Shown piece after piece: positions 22,398 through 33,102 of a stretch of DNA of 64,000 nucleotides (the first letter of the stretch is position 1; every line of letters starts with the position of its first letter). The notes under the pieces were generated by a model that was not told where the DNA came from, made no database searches, and was given only the letters and a program-made list of their open reading frames with translations. The position numbers and the translations under genes are program-made. Source of the stretch: Schizochytrium sp. TIO01 (lineage: Eukaryota > Protista > Bigyra: Labyrinthulomycetes); assembly GCA_004764695.1 (NCBI GenBank), contig SMSO01000035.1, positions 3,360,040 to 3,424,039 of the forward strand. Reading direction: 5' to 3'.

Positions 22398-25300
22398 ATG
22401 GACGATAACGAGGAGAAGTTTTCCTTTGCCACAGTACAGAAATATGTCCGGGATTCTTCAAAGAAAACCAACAACAAAAATGGAAACAAGGTCGGCGACA
22501 AGGATGAAATCATCGGAGGGATGAACTTAACGCAGCTGCGCGAGCAGCTCACACAGGCTGCCAAAGAGCGTGTGAGTGCTGATGACACGAATTCCCTTTT
22601 AGATTTAGTCAAACAGAAACGAGAGCGGGAGAAGCTTGAGGAGCTTCGTCAAATGAAGATTAAACACCAGCAAGTTCGCGCACGAAAACGTCAAGAGTCC
22701 ACGGAAATATCCAAAGTAATGATGGAACTCGAGAAACGCAAGCAGCAAGAGCTCGAGCTGCGTCTACAGAAAGAAAGACTTCAACAAGGTCTTGAACGCG
22801 TCGACAGGACTCATCTGGGCCAGATGGAAGAGAAAAAACGAAGGGAACTTGATAAATTAACGCAGGAACGCAAAGTCTTGCAAGCAAAGGAGGAAGCTAT
22901 TTTGGCTCAAGTTGAAGAACTTGAGAAAAAAATTATTGAGCAAGAAGAGATGAATGCAAAACGTAAACAAGAAGTTGAGGATGCTCTTGTACGAAAAAAG
23001 GGTTCCCGACTTGAACTCAAAAATGCAGAACTATTACACCTTGCAAAAGCTCATGGCCAACGAACTTCGACTCTACTTCAAGAGCGTGAAAAACTGGAGC
23101 AAGAGAGACAAAAGATCGAAGCTCAGCTCTTAGACTTGAGCGGTGACAACAAAACCCTACCAAGCAGGGATCAAGAAGCCTTGGATGATTTTGTTGAGTC
23201 TGTACAGCAACGAATTGCTGAACAGCAGGAACGAGTGACAATTATGAGATTAGAGCACGAACAAGAGCAAAAGGATTGGACAATGGCAAAGATTGTTGAT
23301 GAAAACGAGACCAAACGGCTTCGACCATTGGGATTGGGTACATCATTACCATTTTCTGTCGAAGCAGAATCATTTTTAAATGAATGGCTAAACGAAGACC
23401 CTCAACATGCGTCTACAATGCAAGAAGCACGCCGTATACTTGATGCCTCAGCAAATTCGCCTCTGCCTGCGGCGCCAACTCAGGGAAGATTCTCATCAAC
23501 TGGGAGCCCGAATAATCAAAACGAAGGGGTTCAGTTCACATTTGATGTTGCTTCTCCACGAAGCGCAAAACATCACAAGCAGTTGAAACGTGGAATGTCC
23601 CGTGCAAATCTGAAAAGCAAATCCAACATGTTACGGTCTCCAAAAGGAGAATCTATCTCTGAAGAGTCTCGACGATTACTTGAAGAAGAAGTGGATGCTC
23701 TCAAGGCGGAATACGCAGAAATTGGTGTTGATAATCCAAGCTTGTGGGGAGAAATCCAAGCATTAGAGAAACAGCTAGGATACCGCCCTTCCAAACGACC
23801 TCAGCCATTACGTATTCAAGTGAATGATCCTGACTCAGCATGGGTGACACCCGCAATAGCCTCGCCATTTAGCTCACCATCACCACGGAGTGTGATTGGA
23901 GCAAATGCGATTGGAAGTCCCTTTGTAGAATATCAAATAGAAAAACAGCAACGCCTACTAGATAGACAAGCTAAAACTTTGCGTAAAATTGAGCTTAAGC
24001 AGAAGGAAGCAAAAATCAAGGCTAGCTTGGAGAAAAAGGTCCAAAAAAAGGAACAGAAACGTCGAAAACGTAAGTCTAGATATGGTCGCAAAACTCGGAG
24101 GGGTAATTCAGATACAAGTTCTATGGAGTCCTCAGATTCATCAAACTCCTACTCCTCGGAGTCTTCGAAGTCTTTCCGAGAATCTATATCGTCTCCATCA
24201 ACTAGCTCAAGCCCTTCTACACAATCCTCTGTCTCTAGTAATCATCGACATCACTCTCCTCGACACCGGAGAGGTGGTCGTCGTCATCGCAGACAACGAT
24301 TTCAGGGTCGCGCTCGAGGATATGACAGTAACTACTTCCCGCAGAACCCTGTCAGTCAGTATCAAGATTTTATATCAAATGCCCAGGCAGATACTGCAGG
24401 GCAAGCAATGTCCTCCATACCTGTGTATGGGGGTCCACAAGGTCTGGCTGGTCTTCCTCCTGCAGAAATGCAACAACTTGAGCAGCAACAGAAAGTTTTT
24501 TCGCGCACTTTGGAGGCTCTTACCCGCAAGCTTCAAATACTTGGACACCCAAATGGTGGGATTGCATCGATGCCTGGAACTGGACTTGCAGGAGTACAGG
24601 GATCTAATGGTGCATTTTCTAGTGCAAGTGCTACTAATAATTCTGGTGGCGTTGATGAAAAATCACAATTTCTTGAAGAGCTCTCAACGCTGGATATGAT
24701 TCCACGAGATTCTGAATTATACACATTGCAAGTAGAACACTTGAAAATGATCACTCGGATGCGATCACAATTCGAAGAACTCAAACAAGAACAACGGATG
24801 ACCAATGTAAAAGAAGGTATCGAAAGAAAACAACGGGAAGACCAAAAACGTGTTGCTTTTGAAGAACTTAAGATAGAACATGAAAGACAGCTTGAACTCG
24901 CTAAATTAAGACGAGCCATAGCAAAGGAGGGAACTGATAGCGGCTGGAGTAGCAAGCCAGGGGCATCAAGTAAGCCATACGATCCACAGGAAGGCTTCGC
25001 AATATATTTCGATTACCTCAAAGGTATCCCAAAGCGCTTTGGCATGGTACGTTTAGTTTATTGTATTTATGAAGGAGAAACTGTACGCTCTAGTGTGAAA
25101 GCACTTCACAATTGTGAGACTGAATCGGAAACACCAACACGATCAGTAGCAATGTTCGTTGCAAGGAAAAAATTTCAAAGGATTCCAGCAAATGCAAATT
25201 TGCGGATTGTACTTGAACTTCAATGTGTTATAGACGGTCCAGAAGGACAAGGTTTCCAGAGTATTGGGTGGAGCGTCCTTGGATTATTCCTGGGGTCATC

Positions 25301-28202
25301 TTCTTCTGGAGTGATTTTAAATGAAGGTGCACATTTGCTAACAATGCAACGCCCACCTTTCAAAGTTGAGGACATTGCTGCTGCCACCAAGCCTGCTGGC
25401 CCAGATGATAAAAGCGCTGCAGAAAGTATGCAATTATTCCTGAGACTCGTTCACATGAAAGATTTGAACGAAGCTTCAGAGTTTGTTATTGATCCCGTCG
25501 TTACCCAACATATGTACAAGTGCTGGCCCCCGATTGAAGAAAAGCGAGTATCGTCCACTGCACGTAAGAAAGAACGGGCATCGACAAAACGGGGCAAAAC
25601 AAAGACCAAAAAATCAAAGCATGCCAGCGATAGTGCTTCTGACACGGTGTCCGTTGCCGGTGGATCTGTGCTCTCTGGAGAGACTATTGGTGGTCAGACA
25701 GTAGCTAGTTCTGCCTCACAGTCTGGAAGTGGTGCCAAACACCCAAAGAGTAAAAAGAAACGACGCTTAGAATTTCATCTTGATCATCTAGCGTTTGCCG
25801 ATACCAACCCAGCTCACCCTGTTTATGTGAGAGCAACATTGCTTCCCGGCAAATCAAATATATCTTCTTGGGTGAACGAAGAAGCGCAAGCACTTCATAA
25901 GCTACCAGACACTTCTATCACAATTGACTACTCAAGTTTGAGTAGTGATGTGCATGTGTGGGAATCTGAACCACGCGATGTAAGAGTTAGCACTGGTCAA
26001 GTTGCTTGGAATCGAGCGGCAACAAATTCGACATTCTTTGATGGAATAGAATTCGACAAGCACGGGGTCTTGCTCATCAAAATTTTTGAGCGAATCCCTG
26101 AAGGGCTTGCAGACACCTCCTCACAAGTGAATAATTCCAAGGAAGAGCCTCACACAAAGCTTATTGGCTGGGTTGCACAGTCTCTTCACGAAGTCGAGCT
26201 TGCACTCAGTGAAAAAAGCGCTGAGGACTTTGTGCTAGAGTTATATCAACCTTCTGTAGAGCTTCCCGTCGATAAAGACAAGGTTGAATATCTGGGAGCG
26301 CGCATTCAATTTATAGTGAAACGGATGGCTACCCGACGAAAAAGTGTCAGCTCTGTATCTTCTAATGCCTCTATAATTTCCCGTCGTGGGCAACGCCGTG
26401 CAGGAAGCGTAGCTCGCAGTATCATTTCGATCGCTGAAGAGGATGATGAAGATCTGCACAGCATTAGCGAAGGGGAGGAGGAAGATTCTGAAGATGACGC
26501 TGCAGCTGAAAAACACAAAGCAAGCAATGCAGCTGCTAATGAAGATCACGATGTAAGTAAAGATCCTTGGATTGAGCACCGGGCCAGAATTCCTGGCGAC
26601 CAGCCTCTGTTTGAGCGTGGTGAAGACGGTTTTGATGTATATATCGATGCAGCCCGTTTTTTACCAGACTATACAACCATAACTGCAGTGCATGTGAAGC
26701 TACTAGCCCCTAATTTCGAGCAAATCGGCGAAGAGAGTCAAGCCTATCCCCGATTAGGTGACAGTGCATACAATCCTAGTTTTCGCTTGCGCTGCGAATT
26801 TCGCGGAGAGGCTATCGCAAACCCAGCCAGCACCCTTCTTATTAGGATTGATACCGTAGATCGCTTTACAAAATCAACGAAAGCACTGGGGTACACATGT
26901 CTGCACCCGTTTTGTCTTCGAGGTGGAGGTGGGGAACAACCAGCAAAGGCTACAACCCAGGAGTTTAGTTTGAATGCAGGTGCTTTCCAGCTTCCTCTCT
27001 ATCAGGTAAGGCCTGACACAGCAGAGCTATTCACGGCTAAGCATTTTGACTCAAAGAGTCGAGTTCCGTGTGCAACCTTGCTTGTTCGCATCCTTCCTGC
27101 TAAAAAGGGTAAAGACAATGTTCATATTCTGCGTCTTGATGAGTTTCCTGAAGACGAATGGGAAAAACGTGGCCTCGTCGTCCCAGCACCTCATTATGGT
27201 AGCTCTCGCCAAAAGTATGACTCGTCTCGATGTGTTCCATTACCTTGTGAGAACAAACTGTACAAAGTTCTAGCCGATCGTGAAGAGGTTTTAGTTGGCG
27301 AAATGTGCACTCTTGCTCGACGCCCTGGTGTTACGGAAGACAAGCATGTCGATGTGATGGAGGACGACGAAGTTCATGAGTGGATTCATAAGCGCTTGAG
27401 TCAGCCACAAGGTATGATGCCAATTGATCATGCAACTCAGTACCAGCCGGAAGTTGGCTTCGGTGTAGCCATTGAAGCATTACTCAATCTGCGCTCTGCG
27501 GATGTAGGCAAGAACAAAATGCACAAGGTCATTTTCTCATTTAGTCCACCTGGAGCATATTATGGGGAGCCGCGACTTACTGATGATGTTGCATTCACAA
27601 CAAGTCATAACTTTGAGGCTTCTACCACGTTTCCCAAATTTTCTGACGACTTGCACTCCTTCCGTGATGCTCCTTATGACCCAAAGCTTGTTCTAGTAAT
27701 TGACGTGCGCTTGGTCAGAACAGACAAAATGCAGCAGGAACCATATGCTTGGGGTATTGTACCCTTATTTAGTCTACACGGTCCCTATATTAACAACGGG
27801 CGTCTGCACGCAATCTTATTCACTGGTCCTGTGAATGTGAGCGTATTAACTGATTTACAAAGCTCTGATAAAGATCCTGCTGCATTTGTCATTGAAGAGC
27901 TTGGTCGAGGCAAGCACGCACGACTTAAACCTTTAAAAACACCTTCCTCAGTTATGGTGCGTGTTATCGATAACTTGGTCATTGATTGCATGAACTTCGA
28001 TGAAGTTCGTGCTCTGGGGGTTCCAGATTCTATGGCCTCCAAGGTAACCTCACAGATAAACATATTGAGTGCTCCTGTTCGAAAGGGTCACAATCTTGGC
28101 GCCGTTCTTCCCAAACAAGACCGTGCTCAGCCTGAAGCATTTGAGCGTAGTGTGAACGAAGCATTTGCAAAGCTCACTGGTATTTCAAACTATACATTCT
28201 AA
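22398..28202 (+). CDS. Large coiled-coil protein with C-terminal C2-like domains, CCDC17-like (probably cilium-associated)
   Basis: 1934-aa ORF; N-terminal coiled coils; YDPQEGFAIYFDYLKG and GFDVYIDAARFLPD motifs and repeated IGWS/YAWG beta-strand motifs recalled from CCDC17-type proteins. Confidence 0.7.
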   Translation: MDDNEEKFSFATVQKYVRDSSKKTNNKNGNKVGDKDEIIGGMNLTQLREQLTQAAKERVSADDTNSLLDLVKQKREREKLEELRQMKIKHQQVRARKRQESTEISKVMMELEKRKQQELELRLQKERLQQGLERVDRTHLGQMEEKKRRELDKLTQERKVLQAKEEAILAQVEELEKKIIEQEEMNAKRKQEVEDALVRKKGSRLELKNAELLHLAKAHGQRTSTLLQEREKLEQERQKIEAQLLDLSGDNKTLPSRDQEALDDFVESVQQRIAEQQERVTIMRLEHEQEQKDWTMAKIVDENETKRLRPLGLGTSLPFSVEAESFLNEWLNEDPQHASTMQEARRILDASANSPLPAAPTQGRFSSTGSPNNQNEGVQFTFDVASPRSAKHHKQLKRGMSRANLKSKSNMLRSPKGESISEESRRLLEEEVDALKAEYAEIGVDNPSLWGEIQALEKQLGYRPSKRPQPLRIQVNDPDSAWVTPAIASPFSSPSPRSVIGANAIGSPFVEYQIEKQQRLLDRQAKTLRKIELKQKEAKIKASLEKKVQKKEQKRRKRKSRYGRKTRRGNSDTSSMESSDSSNSYSSESSKSFRESISSPSTSSSPSTQSSVSSNHRHHSPRHRRGGRRHRRQRFQGRARGYDSNYFPQNPVSQYQDFISNAQADTAGQAMSSIPVYGGPQGLAGLPPAEMQQLEQQQKVFSRTLEALTRKLQILGHPNGGIASMPGTGLAGVQGSNGAFSSASATNNSGGVDEKSQFLEELSTLDMIPRDSELYTLQVEHLKMITRMRSQFEELKQEQRMTNVKEGIERKQREDQKRVAFEELKIEHERQLELAKLRRAIAKEGTDSGWSSKPGASSKPYDPQEGFAIYFDYLKGIPKRFGMVRLVYCIYEGETVRSSVKALHNCETESETPTRSVAMFVARKKFQRIPANANLRIVLELQCVIDGPEGQGFQSIGWSVLGLFLGSSSSGVILNEGAHLLTMQRPPFKVEDIAAATKPAGPDDKSAAESMQLFLRLVHMKDLNEASEFVIDPVVTQHMYKCWPPIEEKRVSSTARKKERASTKRGKTKTKKSKHASDSASDTVSVAGGSVLSGETIGGQTVASSASQSGSGAKHPKSKKKRRLEFHLDHLAFADTNPAHPVYVRATLLPGKSNISSWVNEEAQALHKLPDTSITIDYSSLSSDVHVWESEPRDVRVSTGQVAWNRAATNSTFFDGIEFDKHGVLLIKIFERIPEGLADTSSQVNNSKEEPHTKLIGWVAQSLHEVELALSEKSAEDFVLELYQPSVELPVDKDKVEYLGARIQFIVKRMATRRKSVSSVSSNASIISRRGQRRAGSVARSIISIAEEDDEDLHSISEGEEEDSEDDAAAEKHKASNAAANEDHDVSKDPWIEHRARIPGDQPLFERGEDGFDVYIDAARFLPDYTTITAVHVKLLAPNFEQIGEESQAYPRLGDSAYNPSFRLRCEFRGEAIANPASTLLIRIDTVDRFTKSTKALGYTCLHPFCLRGGGGEQPAKATTQEFSLNAGAFQLPLYQVRPDTAELFTAKHFDSKSRVPCATLLVRILPAKKGKDNVHILRLDEFPEDEWEKRGLVVPAPHYGSSRQKYDSSRCVPLPCENKLYKVLADREEVLVGEMCTLARRPGVTEDKHVDVMEDDEVHEWIHKRLSQPQGMMPIDHATQYQPEVGFGVAIEALLNLRSADVGKNKMHKVIFSFSPPGAYYGEPRLTDDVAFTTSHNFEASTTFPKFSDDLHSFRDAPYDPKLVLVIDVRLVRTDKMQQEPYAWGIVPLFSLHGPYINNGRLHAILFTGPVNVSVLTDLQSSDKDPAAFVIEELGRGKHARLKPLKTPSSVMVRVIDNLVIDCMNFDEVRALGVPDSMASKVTSQINILSAPVRKGHNLGAVLPKQDRAQPEAFERSVNEAFAKLTGISNYTF

Positions 28203-28615
28203 ATTTTAAAGTATAGGTTATTCTATTGTTTGTGTAAGTTATAACTGTGCGTCAAAGTATAGGTAACTTTTTTCTTCTTTTCTGCACAGGCAAAGTCATT
28301 GCAGCTTTTCTTTTCTTTTCAGCAGGTTGTGTTATCAAATGCAGGTTAGTATTCGTAGAAGCATGTGACGTTGAGGAGTCAGCTCTGTGAGGTACCTTCA
28401 CTTGACTAGTTGGTCTGTTTTTTGGTATCAGAACGACAATTAGAATAGAACAAGCGTGCATCAAAGAAGGGGGTTTCTCCTTTTCTTGCAGATATGATTG
28501 TCACTACAAGGAGAAAAATAGCCTTTAAAAAGGATGGGCATGATGCAACAACAATTTCGATAGTCTCAGAGCAAAGGGTAAACAAAGTTAATAAGGGGTT
28601 CAGGATGTCTTCAAA

Positions 28616-30352
28616 TCAAGCCTTGCCTGCTTTTTTGAAACGTTTCTTCACATGTTTGGGGACCTTTGTCTTGCGTCGCTCCTGTTTGCTAGCCTTAACT
28701 TGCTTCTTGTGTGCCTTGCGGGCCTCCTTGTCAGAGTTCTTCAGAGTGAATGCAGATTCGTCATCATCATCATCTCCTTCACCATCCTCGTCGCCAGTCT
28801 CACCATCTTCATCACCAGTCTCACCGTCTTCTTCGATTTCCCCATCTTCGTGAGCATCATCTTGGTCTTGAGATGATGGTCCTTGGACCTCACTACTTTG
28901 TTCAGCATTTGAACTATCTGCAACTCCACCCTCTGCGTTTGACTCGCTAAGGACGGGAATCTGAAAAACGGCACCCTCAGCGTTGATCTCATCGAGACTA
29001 GCCTTATCAAGACCTGTCATGATGTGCATTAGAAGACGATCAGTGTCAGAACCAGCCACAACAACTTCTTGTTCTTTCTCAATATCGTGAACCTGGGAGA
29101 GGCTTGTGGGGATAAAACTCTTGAGGAACACGCGCTGCGAAACTTCTAGTTCTGCAGACTCTTCCTGTGTGAGGCCTTCGCTACCACTCATGGTTTCCTG
29201 GATTTTGTCAAGGGCAGCATCCATTTGCTCCTCACTACAATCAAAACTGCGGTCCACAACGAACTGGAAGGCGTGGATCAAATGCATAACCTGCAGGCCC
29301 TTCTTACCGAAGAAGGAGTTTGTGTTTTCGATATCGAGGCGCAAGAATTCAAGTGCACGCGGGTGGTTCATCTCCACAGACTGTGAGACATCGATGACGT
29401 AGATCGTGCGGTCGAGGTACAAAAGGTTGTATTCACTGAAATCACCGTGGACGAGTTTAGCGAGCTGAAAAAGACGCCGCAAAATTTTGAGGCACTGCAC
29501 GTAGGCACTTTGCACGCGGCGCATACTCAGCGTCGCGTCTTTCAGACGGGGTGCAGGCCAGCCATCGACACCAATGAAGTCCATAACCAGAACATGTGCG
29601 CGGAGCATGAGAGGCTCGGGACAAGGGATGCCGCATAGATGAAGACGCTTAAGGTTACGCATTTCCTTTTCTGCCCAGAGCTTGACCATTTTACGAGGGT
29701 TGCTCTTTCCGTAACCACCCTTGAAACGATGCTCACCACTGACATACTTATCACGGTCCTTAAAAACCAGAATCGAGGTCTTGAACACCTTCACAGCAAG
29801 GTCCTTGCCCTCCTTGGTGCGCGCATGATACACGTTGGCTTCCTTACCAGTACTGATGCAGCCGTTGATCTCATCAAATGTGCCACGACTGAGCATCTTG
29901 AACAAAATCAATCTCGTACGAGGGTCCATGACCTGCTCTGTGGTACTGCGATCATCGCGACCTTGGTGCCGGTTCTGACCTTGTTGTTTGCGTTCTCCGC
30001 GACGCACATCATTCATCGCAGATTGCGAAAGGTTCACGCGTTTGTCAAAATTCACATGCCGATCAATGGTCGCAAGTCGATGTTCACGAGGCTGTAGTGT
30101 AGTTTGTGAGACACCACTAAAATCGTTCGAGGCCTCAAAGGCATAGTAGGTGTCATCATCCTCCTCTTCGTCATCGTCATCATCAAATTCACCACTGTAC
30201 TCGAAGCCATCTCCACCAGCCACGCCAGATTTGTTCCACTTGTCGTTGCGCTGATCATCCTGATCTCCAGCTGATTTGCTCGTGAACAGGGCAGCATGCA
30301 AGTCCTGAGCCAAGGCGCGTTTTGCGGCCTCGCCACGGGTGCTAGATGACAT
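28616..30352 (-). CDS. RIO1: Serine/threonine kinase RIO1
   Basis: GCISTGKEANVYHA, FKTSILVFKDRDKYVSGEHRF, WAEKEMRNL, LVHGDFSEYNLL and IDVSQSVE motifs; basic C-terminal KVPKHVKK tail. Confidence 0.96.
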   Translation of the reverse strand: MSSSTRGEAAKRALAQDLHAALFTSKSAGDQDDQRNDKWNKSGVAGGDGFEYSGEFDDDDDEEEDDDTYYAFEASNDFSGVSQTTLQPREHRLATIDRHVNFDKRVNLSQSAMNDVRRGERKQQGQNRHQGRDDRSTTEQVMDPRTRLILFKMLSRGTFDEINGCISTGKEANVYHARTKEGKDLAVKVFKTSILVFKDRDKYVSGEHRFKGGYGKSNPRKMVKLWAEKEMRNLKRLHLCGIPCPEPLMLRAHVLVMDFIGVDGWPAPRLKDATLSMRRVQSAYVQCLKILRRLFQLAKLVHGDFSEYNLLYLDRTIYVIDVSQSVEMNHPRALEFLRLDIENTNSFFGKKGLQVMHLIHAFQFVVDRSFDCSEEQMDAALDKIQETMSGSEGLTQEESAELEVSQRVFLKSFIPTSLSQVHDIEKEQEVVVAGSDTDRLLMHIMTGLDKASLDEINAEGAVFQIPVLSESNAEGGVADSSNAEQSSEVQGPSSQDQDDAHEDGEIEEDGETGDEDGETGDEDGEGDDDDDESAFTLKNSDKEARKAHKKQVKASKQERRKTKVPKHVKKRFKKAGKA

Positions 30353-31859
30353 CTCCTCGGTCAGAACTCACTGACTCGGAACGCCCCCAGGCCAGCTATC
30401 TATAAGGTTGTAATTCTAATGAAACACCTGGTGTTGCCGCTCCTCCAGCGACAGGCAGTTCTGGTCCTCCTCCGAGACCCAGGCCACACAGAACCTCACT
30501 CGGGCAAGGTCAAGCGTTGTTTTGTTTGCCTTGATTGCTTGCCCAGCGCTTCCTGCCTCCTTGCTAGTTCTTTCTTGCCTTTCCTGCTTCTGCTATTGCT
30601 CAATGACTGGTTGGCCTCGAGAGGTCTTTGGAGACTGGCTCTTGTGGAACATTAGGAATAGTAGGAACTTATGGAACTTATGGAACGAAGGTAGGTAGAC
30701 GTGTTTGCTGGGATAACAGAACCTTATTTTTAAAGTTTGAAGATCAACTATGATGGTAGTGCTAAAGATATACGGGCTGAAGATAAACATAGATTAAAAT
30801 GCAAGAAGGACAGCAGTGTTTCTGGCTTACTTAAGGTGCAAGATTTTGCTTGCTCAAGCTGTAATGTGTGTGAGAAGATCCATCATGATATGTTGTTATT
30901 AGAGTTTAGTGAAAAGACACCATTCCGATGAGACCCTATAAATCTCTGTTCGAGGTTTGTGTGTTTACTGACCTGGAGTTGAATGTGGTTGTGCAGAGTT
31001 TTATTGCCTTTACAAGGTAGGTTGCGTACGAAGTGAGGAGGATCTGAGTCAAATCAATGTAGTTATGACACAGCATTTTCAGTAGCTCAAGAATATGAGT
31101 GTCAAACTTTGATAGGTCGCCCTGAGTAATTTGGGGTAGGTAGCACGCACAATTATCAAAATTTACTCTGGAAGCTAAAGATTAAAGGGAACATAGATTT
31201 GTCTACTTTTGGCCAAATAAATCTTCAACACATTAATAGGACATCATTTGGTACGTACCTACTTAGGTTCTACAACTGATACATCATTGCCGTTGTCAAA
31301 TGGTTCTTCACCTTTACTATGACTACTTTGCAAGAAGACTTGGGTTGTGCCTAGCTAGTCAGCAAGAGCTTCCGCACTAAGAAAGACTTTGCACAACTTG
31401 GGATTATAGCAAATTTATATAAAGCTTTTGCTAGAACGCCTTTTGACAAATGACTCCACCATGGTACTAAACTTGAAGGTAGTGCTGAGGAACTCCAAAA
31501 CGGCGTCATCAATCGATCAAGCCGCGGGCAACTCAGAACTATTTCTTCCAAGCCTTTTTAAACAGACACTGCGATAGTCAGCTCAGGGAGCACGCGTAGG
31601 TGTTGGAGACTACTCTTCGTGCAGTTTCATTCTATAAGAAGTTTCTTGCGCAAGTCCTTGGAGTAGTCCTTGACCGTGAAGATTGAAGTTGAGGAGTGAA
31701 GCCAAGCAATATCCCATTCACCAGAACCTTTCACGTACAGTTAAGGATTCTGGCTTTGCTGATTCAGAAACGCCAAGCTCTACACATTGAGCCGCAGCGG
31801 CAGTTTCGTCTTGTCATAACCACTCACACACGCTCCCTGAGTCACAACGCCTCTCGTAC

Positions 31860-31906
31860 GAAGAAGAAGAAGAAGAAGAAGAAGAAGAAGAAGAAGAAGA
31901 AGAAGA
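31860..31906. repeat. (AAG)n trinucleotide repeat
   Basis: About 15 perfect units read directly. Confidence 0.95.
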
Positions 31907-33102
31907 ACTCAAGACAAACGAGAAACCAAAGGTAGAACAAGAGAACAAAAAGAACACCGTCCTAGTTTGAGTTCCCCGCGTTATCCGTTCTAACGTTGCT
32001 GTTCTTTTCGTTCTCTTTCGTTTACTTCACTTCATAGTTTCCTTTTCTTTCGAACATTCGTTCAAAATCTCTAAAAGCTTTCTTGCGTAGTTTTGAGCCA
32101 AGTTTTGAGAAGCAAAGACGCTGCAAGGTTTAACTAAAAATACAAAAGCTCCTTTGAGCCTGACTAGCAAATTTGAGGGGTACGAATTTCAACTTCTTCC
32201 TTTACAGTGAGGTGCGCAGTGAGCTGTGGTTCTCGACGGAGCAACGATTTGGGCTGAGTTCCTCAACGTTGGTTTGGTTCCATTGGCAGGTCTATCAACC
32301 GGGTTTGGTCCTGGACGCCGATTTGGAGTAGGCGCTTACCTAGAGGATTGCTTCAAAGTCCTCATCAGCGCGTGCAGGTGTAGCCTACCATTACTTTTGG
32401 TCTCGGTGGGCTGGCGAAGGAGGCCGGGGTTAAAACGACTTATTATAACCCTCTGTGCCGGCACGTGCGCGCAAGTCCAGTTTAGTATATTCTTTTATAT
32501 ATTTAAATTGTAGTGTGTGGTCCCAGCGTGGCACACACGGGGGTAGAGGACGAACTATTTATGCTCTTTGGCGCCCGTGCATTTGTTTCTCAGTAGTACC
32601 TACTAAATCACATCACGGCCACAACCTCTGTTGCACAGCTATACGCTTTTCTGTCTCTCGCATAGGTGTCTGTTGCTGCGAGGAACTCATCTTTGCGCGC
32701 CTTGTGCTGGCACTGTGTTATCCTTTAATAGCTTCGTGAAGGCCGGAGAAGACTGCGGCAACGGAGATCGGTGAAGGCGCTCTTTTGGTTTAACCAACTT
32801 GCTGGTGCTATTTGATCATCTCCCTTCAGGTTTGTCCTTTTCGTTACTTACGTAGATACTATTCTAAACTAGTGCTACTCGGGACAAGACTTGCAAACAG
32901 AGCGAGAGGACGCGGAGGAGATCTACAGTCGCCTTCACAGGCTTTCAGGCGTTACAATCCCTTTTATAAGCAGTTTGCTGGTACTCTGCTGACCAGTTTG
33001 ATTTTTCGCAGAAAGCAGCACGTGCAGGTGGGAAAACCAAAGTCAAGCATACCAGTACTCATTGTTTGCCTATAGTTTGGTGTGCAGAATTCAAGCGAAG
33101 GA

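Noticed and set aside
31351-31935. Short ORFs including a poly-Lys ORF
   Set aside because: Poly-Lys derives from the (AAG)n repeat; the other fragments have stops and no assignable family.
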